Assembly: GCA_963820525.1 (NCBI GenBank)
Contig: CAWGAA010000001.1
Location: 640,001 to 704,000 of the forward strand
Origin: an uncultured Spirochaetota bacterium
GTDB taxonomy: Bacteria > Spirochaetota > Spirochaetia > SZUA-6 > Fen-1364
Length of the DNA stretch: 64,000 bases
Reading direction: 5' to 3'
The position numbers and the translations under genes were made by a program. This document shows positions 28,947 through 40,307 of the stretch, piece by piece. Under the pieces are notes generated by a model, which saw only the letters and a list, made by a program, of their open reading frames with translations, did not search any database and was not told the origin of the DNA. The first letter of the stretch is position 1. Each line of letters opens with the position of its first letter.

Positions 28947-31691
28947 ATGTATGCAAGCGAACGGCTCGACGACGAGATCCGCTTCCTCGGCAAGGTCCTG
29001 GGAGAGGTGATCCGCGACCAGGCCGGCCTGCCTCTCTACACGCTGGAGGAGGAGATCCGACTTTCGGCCCGCGCGCGAAGGCGGGGGGACGCCGAGGCGG
29101 AGAGCTCCCTCATGCGGATCATCGGCGCCTTGAGCGAAGCGGAGGCGCGGGTCGTTGCGCGCGCCTTCACAATCTTCTTCGAGCTTGCCAACCTCACCGA
29201 GGACCGCGAGCGGGTCCGGGTCCTGCGCGACAGGGAGAAGCGCCGCCATCCGCTTCCGCGGGGCGAATCCATCGAGGAAGCGGTGCACATCGCGCGGGAT
29301 CAGGGCCTCGACGCCCCGGGCGTTCAGGAGATTCTCGACCGGCTGTCGATCGAGCTTGTTTTCACCGCCCACCCGACCGAGGCCAAGCGCCGGTCGGTCC
29401 GTTCCCGGATCCGCGCCCTGCGCCAGGCCATGGCGGCCCTCGACGACGAGAGGCTCCTTCCCCGGGAACGCCAGTTTCAGCTCACGGAGGTCCGCTCCGC
29501 CATCACGGCCCTGTGGCAGATGGAGCTGATCCGGCCCCGCCGCCCCACGGTTCTCGAGGAAGTCGAGGTGGGGCTTTTCTTCGCGGAAACCCTCTGGGAT
29601 GTTATCCCGGAGGTATACCGGGATTTCGCGCAGGCGCTTGAGAAAACCTATCCCGGCGTGCCCTTCCGCCTGCCTCCCTTTCTCCGCTTCGGCTCCTGGA
29701 TCGGCGGGGACAGGGACGGCAACCCCAACGTGAGCTCCGACGTGACGGAGCGGGCGCTCTTGCGCATGCGTTCGGCCGCCGTGGAGGGGCACCTGAAGCG
29801 GTGCCGCCGCCTCTTCGAGGAGCTGGCCACCTCCGAGCGCGAGGCCCCCGTCTCGGAGGAGCTGAAGCAGGCCCTCGAGCGTTCCCTTTTGGATTTCCCG
29901 CAGGCCATGCGGGAGGTGGAGCCGCTTTCCCCCTTCGAGATCTATCGCCGCTATCTCAGCGTCATCGAATGGCGGCTGCGGCGGACGCTTGAGGAAGATT
30001 CCCTCGCGAGCGCCGTTTCCGGCGCCTATAGGCGGGGGGCCGAGCTTGTGGCGGACCTCGCCCTCATGCGGGACAGCCTGCGGGAAAACCGGGGAGGAAG
30101 GATTTTCGAGGGAGCGCTTCAGGGCTGGATGTGGCAGGCAGAGGTGTTCGGGCTTCACACGGCCCGGCTCGACGTGCGCCAGGATTCGCGCCGAAACGTC
30201 CGGGTCATGGCGGAGCTTTTCAAGGCGATCGACCTGGCGCGTGACTATGAAGGATTAAGCGAAGGTGCGAGGTGCGCCCTTCTCCTGCGAACCATGAGCT
30301 TCAGCGGGGAGATCCCCCGCGCGGGCCTCGGCGCTGAGACGGCGGAAACCCTCAGGCTCTTTTCGCTTCTGGCCGACGCCGCTCTGAATCTCGGGCCCGA
30401 AGCCCTGGGTGGCTACGTCATCAGCATGACCCACAGCTTGAGCGATGTCCTGTCGGTCCTCTGGCTCTCGAGCGCCCGCTCCCTCACGAAAGCGGCGGGA
30501 GAGAAGGGCCTCAGCCTCGACATCATTCCCCTCTTCGAGACCATCGAGGACCTCGCCGCCGCGCCCGGCGTTCTTTCAGCGATGCTCGAAAGCCCCCTCT
30601 ACAGGGAGCACCTGAAGCTTCGCGGCGGGGTCCAGACAGTAATGATCGGCTACTCGGACAGCACCAAGGACGGCGGATACCTGGCGGCCTGCTGGGCCCA
30701 GTACAAGGCCGAGAGCGAGCTTCACCGGGTGGCGGCGTCGCACGGCGTGCGCCTGATCTTCTTCCACGGCCGCGGCGGTGCGCTGGGCCGGGGCGGAGGG
30801 CCCACGGCGCGCAGCATCCAGTCCCTTCCCCCCGAATCCTTGAGCGCGGGGCTTCGAATCACCGAGCAGGGTGAGGTCCTCGCGGACCGCTACGACGACC
30901 CCCAGATCGCCTACCGGCACCTGGAGCAGGTGATCTGGGCCACCCTGTTGAGCACCACCCGTCCCCTCTCCCCGCCGCTCTCCCGGTGGACCGAGGCGAT
31001 GGAGGAGCTGTCATCCCGGGCGCTCTCCGCCTATCGCCTCCTGGTGGAGGAGCCCGGCTTTTTACAGTATTTCGAGCAGTCAACGCCGATCAACGAGATC
31101 GAATCCCTTCCCATCGCATCACGGCCGGCCCACAGGAGCGGAAAGCGCACCCTGGATGACCTTCGGGCGATTCCTTGGGTCTTCGCCTGGACCCAGGCGA
31201 GGTGCCTGATCCCGGCCTGGTACGGGATCGGCTCCGCCTTCGAGGCGTTCGGCGGCGGGAGCCCCCAGGGCTGGGACACCCTGCGCGAGATGTACCAGCA
31301 ATGGTCGTTCTTCCGGGCGACGCTGGACAACGCGGCCCTCGCCCTGGCAAAGGCGGATATGCCCATCGCCCGGCTGTACTCCCGGCTGGTTGCCGAGCCT
31401 GCCGCGCGAGAGCGGATCTGGCGGCTGGTTTCCCAGGAGTTCGAGGCCGCAAGGCGCGCCGTCCTGAAGATCAACGGGCAGCCCGATCTCCTGGCCGAGG
31501 TGCCGTGGCTAGCGCAGTCCATCGAGGTGCGAAATCCCAACACGGATCCCCTGAACCTCATCCAGGTGGAGTGGCTTCGAAGAAAGCGGCAGTCTGAGAG
31601 CGCGGCGGACGGCGTCGGCGCCGAGCGGTGCAAAAGCCTCCTGCGCCTCACGGTTGAAGGCGTGGCAAGCGGGATGCGCACAACGGGATAA
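28947..31691 (+). CDS. ppc: Phosphoenolpyruvate carboxylase
   Basis: VFTAHPTE, GGDRDGNP, PLFETIEDL, MIGYSDSTKDGG, FHGRGG, LRAIPWVFAWTQ, GMRTTG C-terminus. Confidence 0.96.
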   Translation: MYASERLDDEIRFLGKVLGEVIRDQAGLPLYTLEEEIRLSARARRRGDAEAESSLMRIIGALSEAEARVVARAFTIFFELANLTEDRERVRVLRDREKRRHPLPRGESIEEAVHIARDQGLDAPGVQEILDRLSIELVFTAHPTEAKRRSVRSRIRALRQAMAALDDERLLPRERQFQLTEVRSAITALWQMELIRPRRPTVLEEVEVGLFFAETLWDVIPEVYRDFAQALEKTYPGVPFRLPPFLRFGSWIGGDRDGNPNVSSDVTERALLRMRSAAVEGHLKRCRRLFEELATSEREAPVSEELKQALERSLLDFPQAMREVEPLSPFEIYRRYLSVIEWRLRRTLEEDSLASAVSGAYRRGAELVADLALMRDSLRENRGGRIFEGALQGWMWQAEVFGLHTARLDVRQDSRRNVRVMAELFKAIDLARDYEGLSEGARCALLLRTMSFSGEIPRAGLGAETAETLRLFSLLADAALNLGPEALGGYVISMTHSLSDVLSVLWLSSARSLTKAAGEKGLSLDIIPLFETIEDLAAAPGVLSAMLESPLYREHLKLRGGVQTVMIGYSDSTKDGGYLAACWAQYKAESELHRVAASHGVRLIFFHGRGGALGRGGGPTARSIQSLPPESLSAGLRITEQGEVLADRYDDPQIAYRHLEQVIWATLLSTTRPLSPPLSRWTEAMEELSSRALSAYRLLVEEPGFLQYFEQSTPINEIESLPIASRPAHRSGKRTLDDLRAIPWVFAWTQARCLIPAWYGIGSAFEAFGGGSPQGWDTLREMYQQWSFFRATLDNAALALAKADMPIARLYSRLVAEPAARERIWRLVSQEFEAARRAVLKINGQPDLLAEVPWLAQSIEVRNPNTDPLNLIQVEWLRRKRQSESAADGVGAERCKSLLRLTVEGVASGMRTTG

Positions 31692-31720
31692 GGCGCGCGC
31701 GCCGGCGCGCCTGCGCCCCG

Positions 31721-33040
31721 CTATTGCGGTACCAACCGAAGGCGGGCCGACCTCTCCGCGATGAGGCTCCTCTCCTGTCTCAAGCCCAGCTTGAGCCCCA
31801 GGTTGGCTATAAGGAAAAGGAGCGGAGTCCGATAGTTTGCGGGGAATCGTGACAGGATCCTCGACAGGCCGAAAAAGCTCTTCTTTACGCTCCAGTATCC
31901 GTCGTAGAGCTGCTCCACGCTCATCTTGCGCGGGACGAACACGGGGGTGCAGTGATCGTAGAAACGCCAGTCCTCGGTGATCAGACGGTTTTCGCTTTTG
32001 AACTGTTCAAAAATCTCGGTGCCGGGGTACGGCGTGAGGATGTTGAAGGTGGCGGAAGGGATGCGAGTTCTCTGGAGGAACTCCAGCGTCCGGTCGAAGA
32101 TCGACGGATCGTCGTCGTCGAAGCCGAACACTAAGGAAGCGTGCAGGAGGATGCCTCGGTCGATTATCTCGCGCACCGCGTCTTCCGTCTCCGCAAGGCC
32201 CCTCATGCCCTTGCTCATGCGCGCGATCTTGCTCTCCGATACGGATTCCAGCCCGACGAACAGCCCGCGGCATCCCGCGGCGGCCGCCATGTCCAGCAGC
32301 TTGCGGTTTCGCACGAATGAAATGGAGGCCTGGCCGCCCCATTTGATATTCAACCTGCCGAGGGCCGCGAACAGCCGCTCCGCGTAGCCTTGATCGCCCA
32401 CGATGTTGTCGTCGAGGAACATGACGGAGGAGGCGCCGCTTCTCTCGATGTCCTCGACGACGCGCCGGATCTCCACGTGCCTGATTCGGCGGCCGAACAC
32501 GCTTTTCACGCAGCAGAACTCGCAGGCATAGGGACATCCCCGCGAGGTGACCACCGGAACGACCCCGAGCACCGACCATGAACGGCGCGACTCGCGGCGG
32601 GGAAGAGGGTAATCGTCGAGGTTCCATTCGCTTCCCCCTCTATAGAAGGGCTTCAGATTCCCGGCCTCGGCGTCGGCAAGGAGGCCCGCCCAGACCGGCT
32701 CCGCCTCGCCCACCACGACTGCGTCGGAGTACTGCGCGGCTTCCTCGGGAAGAACCGACGGGTGGACTCCCCCCAACACGACCGGCTTTCCCCTTCGGCG
32801 GAACTCCCGGGCAATCTGGTACGCCCGGGGCGCCGTGGCCGTCATGCAGGTAATGCCCACAAGATCGCAATCCGCGGAAAGATCGAGGGTTTCTACTTCC
32901 TCATCCACCACGGTGACCTCATGGCCTTCCGGGGTGAGAGCCGCGACGTAGAGCAGGGATATCTGGGGAAAACGGATCAGGGGGCTTATCCTGCGGCTGG
33001 ATTCCAGGGACTTCGAAGGCGCTATCAGGAGAACCTTCAT
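31721..33040 (-). CDS. B12-binding radical SAM protein
   Basis: GGVHPS, VVGEAE, SRGCPYACEFC, FVGLES, LTPYPGT. Confidence 0.9.
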   Translation of the reverse strand: MKVLLIAPSKSLESSRRISPLIRFPQISLLYVAALTPEGHEVTVVDEEVETLDLSADCDLVGITCMTATAPRAYQIAREFRRRGKPVVLGGVHPSVLPEEAAQYSDAVVVGEAEPVWAGLLADAEAGNLKPFYRGGSEWNLDDYPLPRRESRRSWSVLGVVPVVTSRGCPYACEFCCVKSVFGRRIRHVEIRRVVEDIERSGASSVMFLDDNIVGDQGYAERLFAALGRLNIKWGGQASISFVRNRKLLDMAAAAGCRGLFVGLESVSESKIARMSKGMRGLAETEDAVREIIDRGILLHASLVFGFDDDDPSIFDRTLEFLQRTRIPSATFNILTPYPGTEIFEQFKSENRLITEDWRFYDHCTPVFVPRKMSVEQLYDGYWSVKKSFFGLSRILSRFPANYRTPLLFLIANLGLKLGLRQERSLIAERSARLRLVPQ

Positions 33041-33216
33041 TGCTCGTGACCTCCATTCAGCGCACAGTGGATTAAACTGCGATTTGCGCCGGCACGACCG
33101 ACTTTCCTTTATGCGTCGATAGTATACCCGTTTTTCAGGAGAAAAATCCAGCCGTGTCTGGCGCGCCGCCAGTCAGCCAGGCGATTTTGTCCGCGGCCCC
33201 TTTTTTACTATGTTAA

Positions 33217-35283
33217 ATGAAGAGCGCCAAAATGCCGCAAAACCTCGACGAGCTGTGCGTGAACTCGATTCGATTCCTTTCGATAGACGCGGTGGAGAAA
33301 GCGGACAGCGGCCATCCCGGCATGCCCATGGGAGCGGCGCCGATGGCGTACGTGCTGTGGACACGATTCCTCAAGCACAATCCCGCTGACCCCGCATGGT
33401 TCGACCGCGATCGCTTCGTGCTCTCAGCCGGCCACGGCTCCATGCTCCTCTACAGCCTGCTCTACCTCACGGGATATGACCTGCCCTTGGATGAGCTCGC
33501 CCGCTTCCGTCAGTGGGGAAGCCGGACCCCCGGGCACCCCGAGCGAGGGCTCGCTCCCGGCGTGGAGGTTACCACGGGCCCCCTTGGCCAGGGCTTTGCC
33601 AACGGGATGGGTATGGCCATCACTGAGGCATACCTCGCCGCCCGGTACAATCGCCCCGGATTCCCCATCATAGACCATTACACCTACGCCATCGTGAGCG
33701 ACGGCGACCTCATGGAGGGGGTGGCATCGGAGGCGGCCTCGCTGGCCGGGCACCTGAAGCTGGGAAAGCTCATCTCCCTCTACGACGACAACCACGTGAC
33801 GCTGGCCGCGGGAACGCCCTTGAGCTTCTCGGAGGACCGTGCCGCTCGATTCGAAGCGTACGGCTGGCACACCCAGATGGTGGAGGATGGCAACGACCTC
33901 CGGGAGATCGAGGGCGCCATCAGTGAGGCGCAGAAACGGCTCGACCGACCGCACCTGATCCTTGTCCACACCCACCTCGGGTATGGATCGCCTCACAAGC
34001 AGGATACCTTTGGCGCACACGGCTCGCCGCTGGGCGCCGATGAAGCGGCGGCCACAAAGAAGAACCTCCATTGGCCCGAGGATAAGCCCCTGAGCGTTCC
34101 GGCATCCGCTTTGGAGCGGTTTCGCGAAGCCCTCGGCCGGGGCGCGGAGCTTCAAGCCCGATGGAAGAGCCTTTTCGCCGCGTATGCCAAGGCCTTCCCT
34201 GAGCCCGCCGCAGAGCTGGAAAGGCTGATGAAAGGCGAGCTCCCCCAGGGATGGGAATCGAGCATTCCTCGCTTTGCGGCGCAGCCCAAGGGAATGGCCA
34301 CACGCGTCGCCTCGGGCAAGATCCTGGCTGCTCTCGCCTCCCGGCTTCCCGAGTTGATCGGAGGCTCGGCCGACCTCAACCCCTCAACCCACACGGCGCT
34401 CGCCGGGCTCGGCGACTTCGAAAGCCCGCTGGCACCGCAGAGCGATACGCAGGGAAGCGCTGGAGGAGGATGGGGCTACGCGGGGCGCAACATCCACTTC
34501 GGCGTGCGGGAGCATGGCATGGGGGCCATCGTGAACGGAATGGCCGCTCACGGGGGGACGCTCCCTTTCGGCTCCACGTTTCTCATCTTTTCCGACTACA
34601 TGCGGCCGCCCCTACGCCTCGCCGCGCTGATGGAACTGCACGTCATCCATATCTTCACCCACGACAGCATCGGGCTCGGCGAGGACGGCCCCACCCACCA
34701 GCCCGTGGAGCAGCTGTTGGGGCTGCGCTCGGTACCGGGTCTCATCCTCCTGCGGCCGGCGGACGCAAACGAAACCGCCGCCTCCTGGAAGATCGCGGTC
34801 GAGCGCCGGGGCCATCCCGTGGCGCTCGCCCTTTCCCGCCAGAACCTGCCCATCCTCGAGTTGGAGCGCTACCCCGCAATCCCTCAGGGAGTGTCGCGCG
34901 GAGGATACGTTCTTGCCGACAGCCCGGAAGCAAAGCGGCTCCGCCTGATTCTCGTCGCCACGGGCTCCGAGGTGCACCTGGCCCTTGCGGCCCGCGAGCA
35001 GTTGACCGGCTCGGGTGTGGGCGCACGTGTTGTAAGCCTTCCCTGCTGGAGCATCTTCGAGGAGCAGACGCCGGAGTACCGCTCCGCTGTCCTTCCCCCC
35101 GGCGTGCCCATCCTCGCCATCGAGGCCGGGGTCTCCCTGGGATGGAAGCCGTACATCGGCCAGGGGGTGGAGGTGATCGGCGTCGACCGCTTCGGGGCCT
35201 CGGCGCCCGGAGACACTGTGATGAAGGAATACGGCTTGAGCGTGGACAACGTCTGCCGCAAGGCCCTCTCCTTTGTCCAATAA
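33217..35283 (+). CDS. tkt: Transketolase
   Basis: [54 protein letters not shown]; start may be 33232. Confidence 0.96.
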   Translation: MKSAKMPQNLDELCVNSIRFLSIDAVEKADSGHPGMPMGAAPMAYVLWTRFLKHNPADPAWFDRDRFVLSAGHGSMLLYSLLYLTGYDLPLDELARFRQWGSRTPGHPERGLAPGVEVTTGPLGQGFANGMGMAITEAYLAARYNRPGFPIIDHYTYAIVSDGDLMEGVASEAASLAGHLKLGKLISLYDDNHVTLAAGTPLSFSEDRAARFEAYGWHTQMVEDGNDLREIEGAISEAQKRLDRPHLILVHTHLGYGSPHKQDTFGAHGSPLGADEAAATKKNLHWPEDKPLSVPASALERFREALGRGAELQARWKSLFAAYAKAFPEPAAELERLMKGELPQGWESSIPRFAAQPKGMATRVASGKILAALASRLPELIGGSADLNPSTHTALAGLGDFESPLAPQSDTQGSAGGGWGYAGRNIHFGVREHGMGAIVNGMAAHGGTLPFGSTFLIFSDYMRPPLRLAALMELHVIHIFTHDSIGLGEDGPTHQPVEQLLGLRSVPGLILLRPADANETAASWKIAVERRGHPVALALSRQNLPILELERYPAIPQGVSRGGYVLADSPEAKRLRLILVATGSEVHLALAAREQLTGSGVGARVVSLPCWSIFEEQTPEYRSAVLPPGVPILAIEAGVSLGWKPYIGQGVEVIGVDRFGASAPGDTVMKEYGLSVDNVCRKALSFVQ

Positions 35284-35492
35284 CTCTTGCGAGGAGTCTG
35301 CGTCTATGAAAGAGAATCCTCTTCGAAAGCTCGCCACGGCTACGAGAGGGTGGACGCCCCGGGGGTCTTCAATACCCGTTGGTCGTAGCGGTTCCGTCAT
35401 TCTCGTTATCTTCGGGCGGCCGGCGACCTCACGCGTCGCAAGCTCGGCCCGGGGCCCTCGTGCATCGCGCCCCCGTGCTACGCCCCCGCCCT

Positions 35493-37452
35493 TCAGTACT
35501 TCAGGTTGAAGGCCAGCAGGTTCCAGGAGAAAACGAACCACAGATAGCCCAGGCACGCGATCGCGATCAGCGTGTCCCCGATCCTTGCCACGATCCATCG
35601 CCCTTTCCCCATCCAGGAGCGCACGGCGTTGTACAAGGGCGCGATGGTCCCAACGACTCCAAGCCACCCGATGATCTGCAGGAAACGCAGCCAGGGCTCG
35701 AGCCGCGCGCTCTGCAGGTGGATGTCCGTGAATGCACGCATGAAGGTTGCGCCCCACGCTGCGAGAAACGCGACCTCAAGGGCAGGCACCAGGCGGACGG
35801 CAAGCCTCAGCCATTTTTCTCGCGAACCGAGCTGGAGCGGCCTGCCATAGTGGCGGCGGATCAATGCAGCAGCCGGCCAGATCAGCAAGGTGAGGATCAA
35901 TACCAGGACGCTTGCGATGAGAAGGGACATGGCGAAGCCGCTCGCCTGGCTCCACGAGGCCTGCTGGAAGATCATGAAGGGATAGTCCAGCACGAAAACC
36001 CTGCGCCCGGATTCGTCCTTCTTGAAGCCGACCATATCCTGACCGTCCACCTGCCGGAAAAGCATGGGGGCGATCTCCTGGAAACGTTTCGGCCGGCCGC
36101 TCAAGTCCCGTGACAGATTGGCGCTTATCGTCCCGTCGGGATTGGGATACACCTTAAGCTCTCCGACGAGACCCACCAGCTTCATGATCGTGGAATCCGC
36201 GCGGCGGCTGGTGATGTACCAGCCAGAGACCGATCGCGCGTCGGAGGCCGTGCTCGGCGGGGGCTGGATTGCCGGCGGTGAGTAGGGAAAGTAGCGGTCC
36301 AGGAGCTTTTGCAGCACGGCGGCCCGAAGGTCCACTCCGCCCTTGCCCGCGCTGTTGAGCGAGATGAAAAAACCCACCCCGATATCGGAAATAAGCGCGA
36401 GCTCGCTGTGGAAGGCGAGCGTGTCTCCTCCGTGCCCGATGATGCGGTGCCCGTTTCTGGACTCCTCGTAGAATCCGAGCGCCATCGCGTTCATCGGGGG
36501 CAGGTTGACGAAGGCGCGCGCATGCATGAGGCGGGCCGTCTCGGGCCGAAGGATCCGCGCATCGCCGTAGCGGCCGTCCTCAAGGTGAGCGATCATGAAC
36601 CGGGCGATATCGGATGCAGTGGTTGACAAGCCTCCCGCCGGAACCGCCTGCACGATCTCGAAGGGCTTCGGCGGCTGCGAGGAGAGAAAATATCCGCCGG
36701 CCATGAGCGGCGCCAGGGCTTCCGGAAGGGGTTGGCGGAAGGTGGAGAGCTTCATTCCCAGGGGCTTGAAGATATGAGCGTCGATGTAGTCGGGGTACGG
36801 CTCGCCGGACACCCGCTCGACGATGTAGCCGGCGAGCGCCGCGGCGTAGTTGGAGTACGCCGGCGTCGTTCCGGGCGGAAAGATCCGGCGCGGCAGATGG
36901 GCCTTGAGATACTCGCCCAGCGGCTTCATGTCCCGGGCGTCGGCTATGAAGAGCTCCTCCAGCGTCTCCTCGAAGCCCGAGGTATGGGTCATGATGTTTC
37001 GAAGCGTGATCGGTTTTCCAAACGCCGAGGGTATGGTGAAGTCGAGGTAATCGCCGATGTCCCGGTCCAGGTCCAGCTTCCCCTGCTCCACGAGCTGCAT
37101 GACCGCAGTCCACGTGAAGAGCTTCGATATCGATCCCGGCCGAAAAAGCGTTTTTTCGGGAATCACCGGGATCTTCCGTGCCACGTCCGCATATCCGTAG
37201 CCGCCCGCAAAGAGGAGCTTCCCATCCTTGACTACCGCCACAGCTACGCCGGCGATGTCGCTTCGCTCGAGCTTCCAGGGGGAGAATACCGTCAAGGAAT
37301 GAGGCCACATCGGAGGCCGTCATCGAGGCCGGCTTGCCGGGCGTCCGAACCGCTTGCGCGCCAAGCTCTGCTCCCTGGGCCCACACCCCGAGGGAAACGA
37401 CGGATGCAACAGCCGCGGAAAAAAGCGCCTGCGAGAGCACTGAACGTCTCAT
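35493..37452 (-). pseudogene. Beta-lactamase-related serine hydrolase with a frameshift near 37273-37282
   Basis: SISK, YSN and HGG motifs in one frame; signal peptide and DVASFLDGILP in the other; frames join at a G5 run. Confidence 0.75.
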
Positions 37453-37514
37453 AAGAGCCCAGCATCTCATGGGATGCCCTGGGATTCAAGGCCGCGTGAG
37501 ATCGCCCGCGGCCG

Positions 37515-38048
37515 CTATGAAGGATATGAGATTCTCGTGCCCTCCACCCTGGCGAAAGACGTCAGTATATGGGGCCGGGCCTCCCCTTGTGCGATGATGT
37601 GCTCCACCCGAATGCCTCTCACCGTCAGGGCATCCGCGATCATCGACCTGTGACAGCGCCACGGCACGGCCTCGGCGCACATGATCGCCACGTGGTTTAG
37701 CGACGCCTCCTTCATCAGCTCCGCCAGATTCAGCTCGAACTCCTCTGTTTGCATGTAATCCGCGTATCCGCGGAACGAGGCGTTTCGCCATCCCGTATTC
37801 GTGGAGTCCCTCCGCGTATGACGAAGGCCTCCCAGTCCCTTCATATGGGCGTAGGCTATCCCTGCGGCACGAAGGCTTGCCTCAAGCGCCTCGGCGTTGA
37901 ACTGGGGGTTCCGCGCTGAGCCGGCGAGAGTCCTTACATCGATCAGCTTCACCACGCCATGCTCCCGCAAGAGCCGGATGAGCTCCTCCACCGTTCGCGT
38001 CGAATGCCCGATGGTAAAAATCGGGCCTGTCCCACTGGCTTCACTCAT
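37515..38048 (-). CDS. DUF488 family protein
   Basis: IFTIGHSTR, DVR, LGGLR, GWRNASFRGYADYM, MCAEAVPWRCHR. Confidence 0.9.
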   Translation of the reverse strand: MSEASGTGPIFTIGHSTRTVEELIRLLREHGVVKLIDVRTLAGSARNPQFNAEALEASLRAAGIAYAHMKGLGGLRHTRRDSTNTGWRNASFRGYADYMQTEEFELNLAELMKEASLNHVAIMCAEAVPWRCHRSMIADALTVRGIRVEHIIAQGEARPHILTSFARVEGTRISYPS

Positions 38049-38968
38049 TGAATGTTCCCCGCCTCCGCCAGCCCATTCAAGAGAAGGTGGAAATACACGA
38101 GCCCGGAGTACGGGCGCCACCTCTCCATCAGGCGCCTGCCCTCTTCCGCCGAAAGAGCCTCTTCTCGCCCGAGCAGGCGGCGCAGGGAGCTCAGGGCGCC
38201 TGAATCTGCCGCGGGAAAAACATTGAGCCGGCCTAGCCCGCGAAGAAGGACGTACTGGGCGGACCATGGCCCGACGCCGCGCAGCCTCGTGAGCGTCTCC
38301 ACGACCGATGCGTCATCGAGAGTTGAGAGACGATCGGCGTCAAACGCTCCGGAGGCGAAGGCCTCGGCAGCCTCCACGAGAGATCTTGCCTTCGTCGCGC
38401 TGAAGCCCAGCTCACGCAGGGACTCCGGGTCGATCTTCGCCAGCACCGCTGGACGGGGAAACGCGTGAAGGGCGGCTCCGTAGGAGACCGCGCGTTCTCC
38501 CCACGCCTCCGCTAACCGATTGAGCATGGTAATGCCCTGCGTGAGCGTGATCTGCTGGCAGCATATCGCGTTGGCAAGGGCTTCGAAGAGGGACGGATAT
38601 CGCGGCGGCTTAAATCCATAGAACCTGCGGGTGAGATCTTGCAACATCGGGCCCCTCTTCGCCATGGCATGGAAATTGTCCAGATTGATTCGAAGACCAA
38701 GGAGGCGCTCCAGGGTCTCAACGATCCATGCCTTCGCGCTTGCCGTGAGATAGGGGCCATTTGCCTGAACGAGAAGCACGGGATTCTCCGGCGGGCCATC
38801 CTGGCTTACGGCCACCTCCACGGCCCCGCCCTTCAGAGCGAGGGCCCTGCTGTAGGTCTTCCCGTCCCACCGGTCGATCGTGCTGTGCGCGCGTCGCTTG
38901 AGTGCCCAGGCGATAAGCTCGAGCCTGAACGGCGGCGCCGCCTTCATCCGCAATGATAGATTTTCCAA
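38045..38968 (-). CDS. alkA: AlkA-like DNA-3-methyladenine glycosylase (HhH-GPD)
   Basis: FEALANAICCQQI, FPRP, LRGVGPWSAQY, FPAAD, WRPY. Confidence 0.85.
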   Translation of the reverse strand: MENLSLRMKAAPPFRLELIAWALKRRAHSTIDRWDGKTYSRALALKGGAVEVAVSQDGPPENPVLLVQANGPYLTASAKAWIVETLERLLGLRINLDNFHAMAKRGPMLQDLTRRFYGFKPPRYPSLFEALANAICCQQITLTQGITMLNRLAEAWGERAVSYGAALHAFPRPAVLAKIDPESLRELGFSATKARSLVEAAEAFASGAFDADRLSTLDDASVVETLTRLRGVGPWSAQYVLLRGLGRLNVFPAADSGALSSLRRLLGREEALSAEEGRRLMERWRPYSGLVYFHLLLNGLAEAGNIQ

Positions 38969-38990
38969 ATGCGTGGGCGCCGGCGGTCTT

Positions 38991-39449
38991 TCACCGCTGT
39001 TCGACGCGATAGGTCCCGGCCGGCGTTCGAAAACCGATGGAGAGGCGGTTCCACCCGTTAATGACGATCACGGCGAGCGTTAGGTCCACGAGCTCCTTGG
39101 GATTGAATTCCCGGCTCGCCCGCTGGTACACATCGTCGGAGACGTGTCCGTCCCGCAGCCTGGTGAGAGCCTCCGTCCACTCGAGGGCGGAGCGCTCGCG
39201 CTCGGTGTAGTACGGCGCCTCGCGCCACGCGTCCAGGCCGTACAACCGCTGCTCCGTCTCGCCCCGGGCGCGCGCCACCTTGCCGTGCATGTCCAGGCAA
39301 TAGGCGCAGCCGTTGATCTGGGAGACACGCATCTTGATCAGCTCCAGGAGGCCCGGCTCGAGCCCGCTCCTCTTGGCATAGCTGTCCAGCTCCTGCATGG
39401 CCCTGGTGCCGTCTGGAGAGACCTTCGCATAATCTATCCTCTGTTCCAT
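38991..39449 (-). CDS. Carboxymuconolactone decarboxylase / AhpD-family protein
   Basis: LELIKMRVSQINGCAYCLDMH, INGWNR. Confidence 0.9.
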   Translation of the reverse strand: MEQRIDYAKVSPDGTRAMQELDSYAKRSGLEPGLLELIKMRVSQINGCAYCLDMHGKVARARGETEQRLYGLDAWREAPYYTERERSALEWTEALTRLRDGHVSDDVYQRASREFNPKELVDLTLAVIVINGWNRLSIGFRTPAGTYRVEQR

Positions 39450-39453
39450 CCAG

Positions 39454-40296
39454 CTACTCCTTGTACGTGACCACGCGCCCCCAGAGGCTCTTGGTCCCCC
39501 AGATGCCCGAGCGCAGGCATTCCAGCTGCACGATCTGGCTGTGGTCGACGAACAGGTTGACCTCCGGACCGTAATTCTTGACGTACCATGCGAAAACCTC
39601 AGGCTCTGCAGCCTCGAACATGGGTACCTCAAGGCCCAATGCCTTGATGATCTTCGCCGGGACGTCGGTCCGCCACGTCTTCACATTCTCCGTGATTCCC
39701 TCGGACTCGATCATTATCTGGGACGCGCCGGCGTCGATGAACCTCTTGGCCTGGGAGATTGCCCACTCGGGGTCGCGCGTCCCCTCTGCTTCGAGCTCCG
39801 CCTCGGTGGATGCTCCGCCCGCTCCGAACTGGATCCCCACCTCGGGCTTCGCCTTCATACCCGCCTTGCTCACCTTTTCCACCAGCCGCAGCCAGTCGTC
39901 CAGGGGAATCGTGATGAAGCCGCTGGAAATCTCCACGATGTCGAAGCCCAGGGCCTTGCATTCCTGCAGGTATCCGTTCACGGCATCCGGGCCGAGGGTG
40001 AGAACATGCTCGATGAACCCGCCCGTCGAAACCTTCACGGCAAAGGTGTGGCACAGGTCGATCAACTCCTTGACCGCGCTCCTGGGCATCAGGCTGAAGG
40101 ACCCCCCGGCGAACTTCAGCGTGTCCACGTATGCGCCCATGGTCTCCAGCACGTCCTGGAGGTAACGCTTTCCCATCGGCGTGTAGTACGGGCCACGTAT
40201 TTCGGTCACTCCCCTCGTTCGAGGCTTGGGCTGGCGCTCGTTGACCCTGAGAAAGGGGAACGCCCGCGTCTCGTCTGTTTTTCGTTTTTCTTCCAT
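39454..40296 (-). CDS. Phosphosulfolactate synthase (ComA) family protein
   Basis: KPRTRGVTEIRGPYY, LKFAGGS, EISSG, KPEVG, MIESEG, FEAA, VNLF. Confidence 0.88.
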   Translation of the reverse strand: MEEKRKTDETRAFPFLRVNERQPKPRTRGVTEIRGPYYTPMGKRYLQDVLETMGAYVDTLKFAGGSFSLMPRSAVKELIDLCHTFAVKVSTGGFIEHVLTLGPDAVNGYLQECKALGFDIVEISSGFITIPLDDWLRLVEKVSKAGMKAKPEVGIQFGAGGASTEAELEAEGTRDPEWAISQAKRFIDAGASQIMIESEGITENVKTWRTDVPAKIIKALGLEVPMFEAAEPEVFAWYVKNYGPEVNLFVDHSQIVQLECLRSGIWGTKSLWGRVVTYKE

Positions 40297-40307
40297 AGAA
40301 TACCTCC

